Shown here piece after piece: positions 62,805 through 64,000 of a stretch of 64,000 bases of DNA (the first letter of the stretch is position 1; the number at the start of each line of letters is the position of its first letter). The position numbers and the translations under genes were made by a program. The notes beneath the pieces were generated by a model, which saw only the letters and a program-made list of their open reading frames with translations, did not search any database and was not told the origin of the DNA. Source of the stretch: a bacterium ADurb.Bin243 (GTDB lineage: Bacteria; Muiribacteriota; UBA9980); NCBI GenBank assembly GCA_002069765.1, contig MWBZ01000014.1, positions 7,469 to 71,468 of the forward strand, in the 5' to 3' direction.

Positions 62805-64000
62805 ATGCTGAATTTTAGAGAATTATTCATAGTATATATTTCATTCCTGTTTTTTTTATTGCTGTTTTATAACGGCGGGCTTTACGATTTTAACAATGTT
62901 CCCGTCAACATCGCTCTTTCGTTCATTTTTTCTTCTTTGCTTCTTTCAGTATTTAACGGCGACGCTCCTTCAAAAGGCCGTTACGGATTATTAGTTCGAA
63001 CCTTTCTGTTAAATTCCGTTCTTTTTTTTATTTCATCGCTTTTTTCCCGGTGCATTCAAATTACATATGTCGAACTTATAAGATACCTTAACGGATTACT
63101 TTTTTTTATGCTCATCGTTTATTGCATAAATTCAAAAAAAGTGCTGGACGATTTCATTAAAGTTTTCCTGGTTTTTATCCAGTTATATATACTTTTCGCC
63201 TTTTCATACTATTATTTTACCAGAACTTCCACGGTCGGTTTCGCCGGCATTTATTCCACGCTTTTTTATCCTTATTATTACGCTACACTCGCTTTGACCA
63301 CGCTTCCGTTTAATCTTTACAGAATGTTCGTAACACAATCCTCTTTTGAGAAACTTAATTGTTATTTTTTATTCATTTTACAGTGCCTCAGCATTCTTTT
63401 CACAAGTTCTCGCGTCGCCCAGCTGGCTTTAATCACGGTCGTGTCAATTATTTTCGCATACGCTTTCTTCCGGGAGATTTTCAGGCCGAAAGTAATAAGA
63501 TTGGCCATAATATTCACACTCCTTGCGCTGGTCAGCTTTTCTTTTTATACCGACGCATTCGTAAGGTTAATAAATACTTTAAATGTCGAAGAAAATTTTG
63601 ACGTTCACGACCGCGGCGGAAGGTTGAATATCTTCAAAGCCGGTTGGGCTACTTTTATGAAAAATCCTTTACTCGGAGTCGGGACGGGCCTGTCGGGGCT
63701 GTTCATAACCGAACACGCAATAGTAACCGGCAACGTCATAGATACTCACAATATTTTTTTGAACCTGCTATGCGAAAACGGCGTTATATATTTTCTGATA
63801 AAATTATCCATGCTATTCGTTTTCATATACGCATGGCGAAAAACTTTCGTACAAACCGCCAAAACTATCGCCGATAAGAACATTGCCGGCGAATTAAATC
63901 TGCTGTCTCTGTGCTCGGCCGTTTCCATTCTCGCGCTTTACCTGCAGGGATTTTCTCTGCCGCACACATATCTGGGAGCCTCTCTGGCGCTCGAATTCGT
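62805..64000 (+). CDS. O-antigen ligase (Wzy_C)-family polytopic membrane protein, 3' end beyond the window
   Basis: Hand translation from the ATG at 62805 stays open to nt 64000; it is absent from the ORF track because no stop codon is reached. MLNFRELFIVYISFLFFLLLF..., ILFTSSRVAQLALITVV, RLNIFKAGWATFMKNPLLGVGTG, DTHNIFLNLLCENGVIYF resemble the Wzy_C/O-antigen-ligase core. Confidence 0.7.
   Translation, partial: MLNFRELFIVYISFLFFLLLFYNGGLYDFNNVPVNIALSFIFSSLLLSVFNGDAPSKGRYGLLVRTFLLNSVLFFISSLFSRCIQITYVELIRYLNGLLFFMLIVYCINSKKVLDDFIKVFLVFIQLYILFAFSYYYFTRTSTVGFAGIYSTLFYPYYYATLALTTLPFNLYRMFVTQSSFEKLNCYFLFILQCLSILFTSSRVAQLALITVVSIIFAYAFFREIFRPKVIRLAIIFTLLALVSFSFYTDAFVRLINTLNVEENFDVHDRGGRLNIFKAGWATFMKNPLLGVGTGLSGLFITEHAIVTGNVIDTHNIFLNLLCENGVIYFLIKLSMLFVFIYAWRKTFVQTAKTIADKNIAGELNLLSLCSAVSILALYLQGFSLPHTYLGASLALEF

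Noticed and set aside
1-64000. CRISPR arrays, tRNA/rRNA genes, IS elements, integrases and prophage genes.
   Set aside because: I saw no regularly spaced direct repeats, no tRNA-like T-loop or acceptor structures in the intergenic regions, and no transposase- or recombinase-like ORFs. The repeats found are intragenic protein-domain repeats or short regulatory-scale repeats.

Overview
Bacterial chromosomal window, probably from an uncultured diderm lineage. It carries lipid A/Kdo genes (waaA, an lpxL-family acyltransferase, lpxI, two lpxB-like GT19 genes, msbA) alongside whiA, hprK and a PSP1/RicT homolog. I saw no rRNA, tRNA, CRISPR array, transposase or integrase.

Layout:
- 597-12641: minus-strand island of very large secreted proteins that looks more GC-rich by eye. 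It holds a paralogous secreted-module family, an NHL/FGE-sulfatase/Kelch protein, and a 1922-aa Ig-repeat protein with a FlgD-Ig/T9SS-like C-terminal domain.
- 12790-36554: mostly envelope and housekeeping genes.
- 38242-42054: an aminotransferase, a COG2403-type GTPase and an ornithine carbamoyltransferase.
- 42294-44579: a secreted clostripain-like protease fused to a ComEA-type DNA-binding module.
- 44699-54173: a long minus-strand gene string ending in a GAF-GGDEF cyclase translationally coupled to a catalytically degenerate 5'-nucleotidase-like protein.
- 56058-62069: a queD / PolX / nth / NYN / radical-SAM block.
- Right edge: a sigma-54-type promoter driving two tandem Flp pilin genes (one missing from the ORF track), followed by an O-antigen-ligase (Wzy_C)-family gene that runs off the window.

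Observations most worth follow-up:
1. A single in-frame TAG splits an NHL beta-propeller, and so a roughly 1400-aa surface protein, exactly where sibling blades have Gln.
2. The Flp-Flp-Wzy_C arrangement may indicate Flp pilin glycosylation.
3. The pseudo-5'-nucleotidase plus diguanylate cyclase pair.
4. The secreted C11 protease with an HhH module.
5. The duplicated GT19 genes within one lipid A operon.

All domain calls come from reading motifs by eye. No database search was run.
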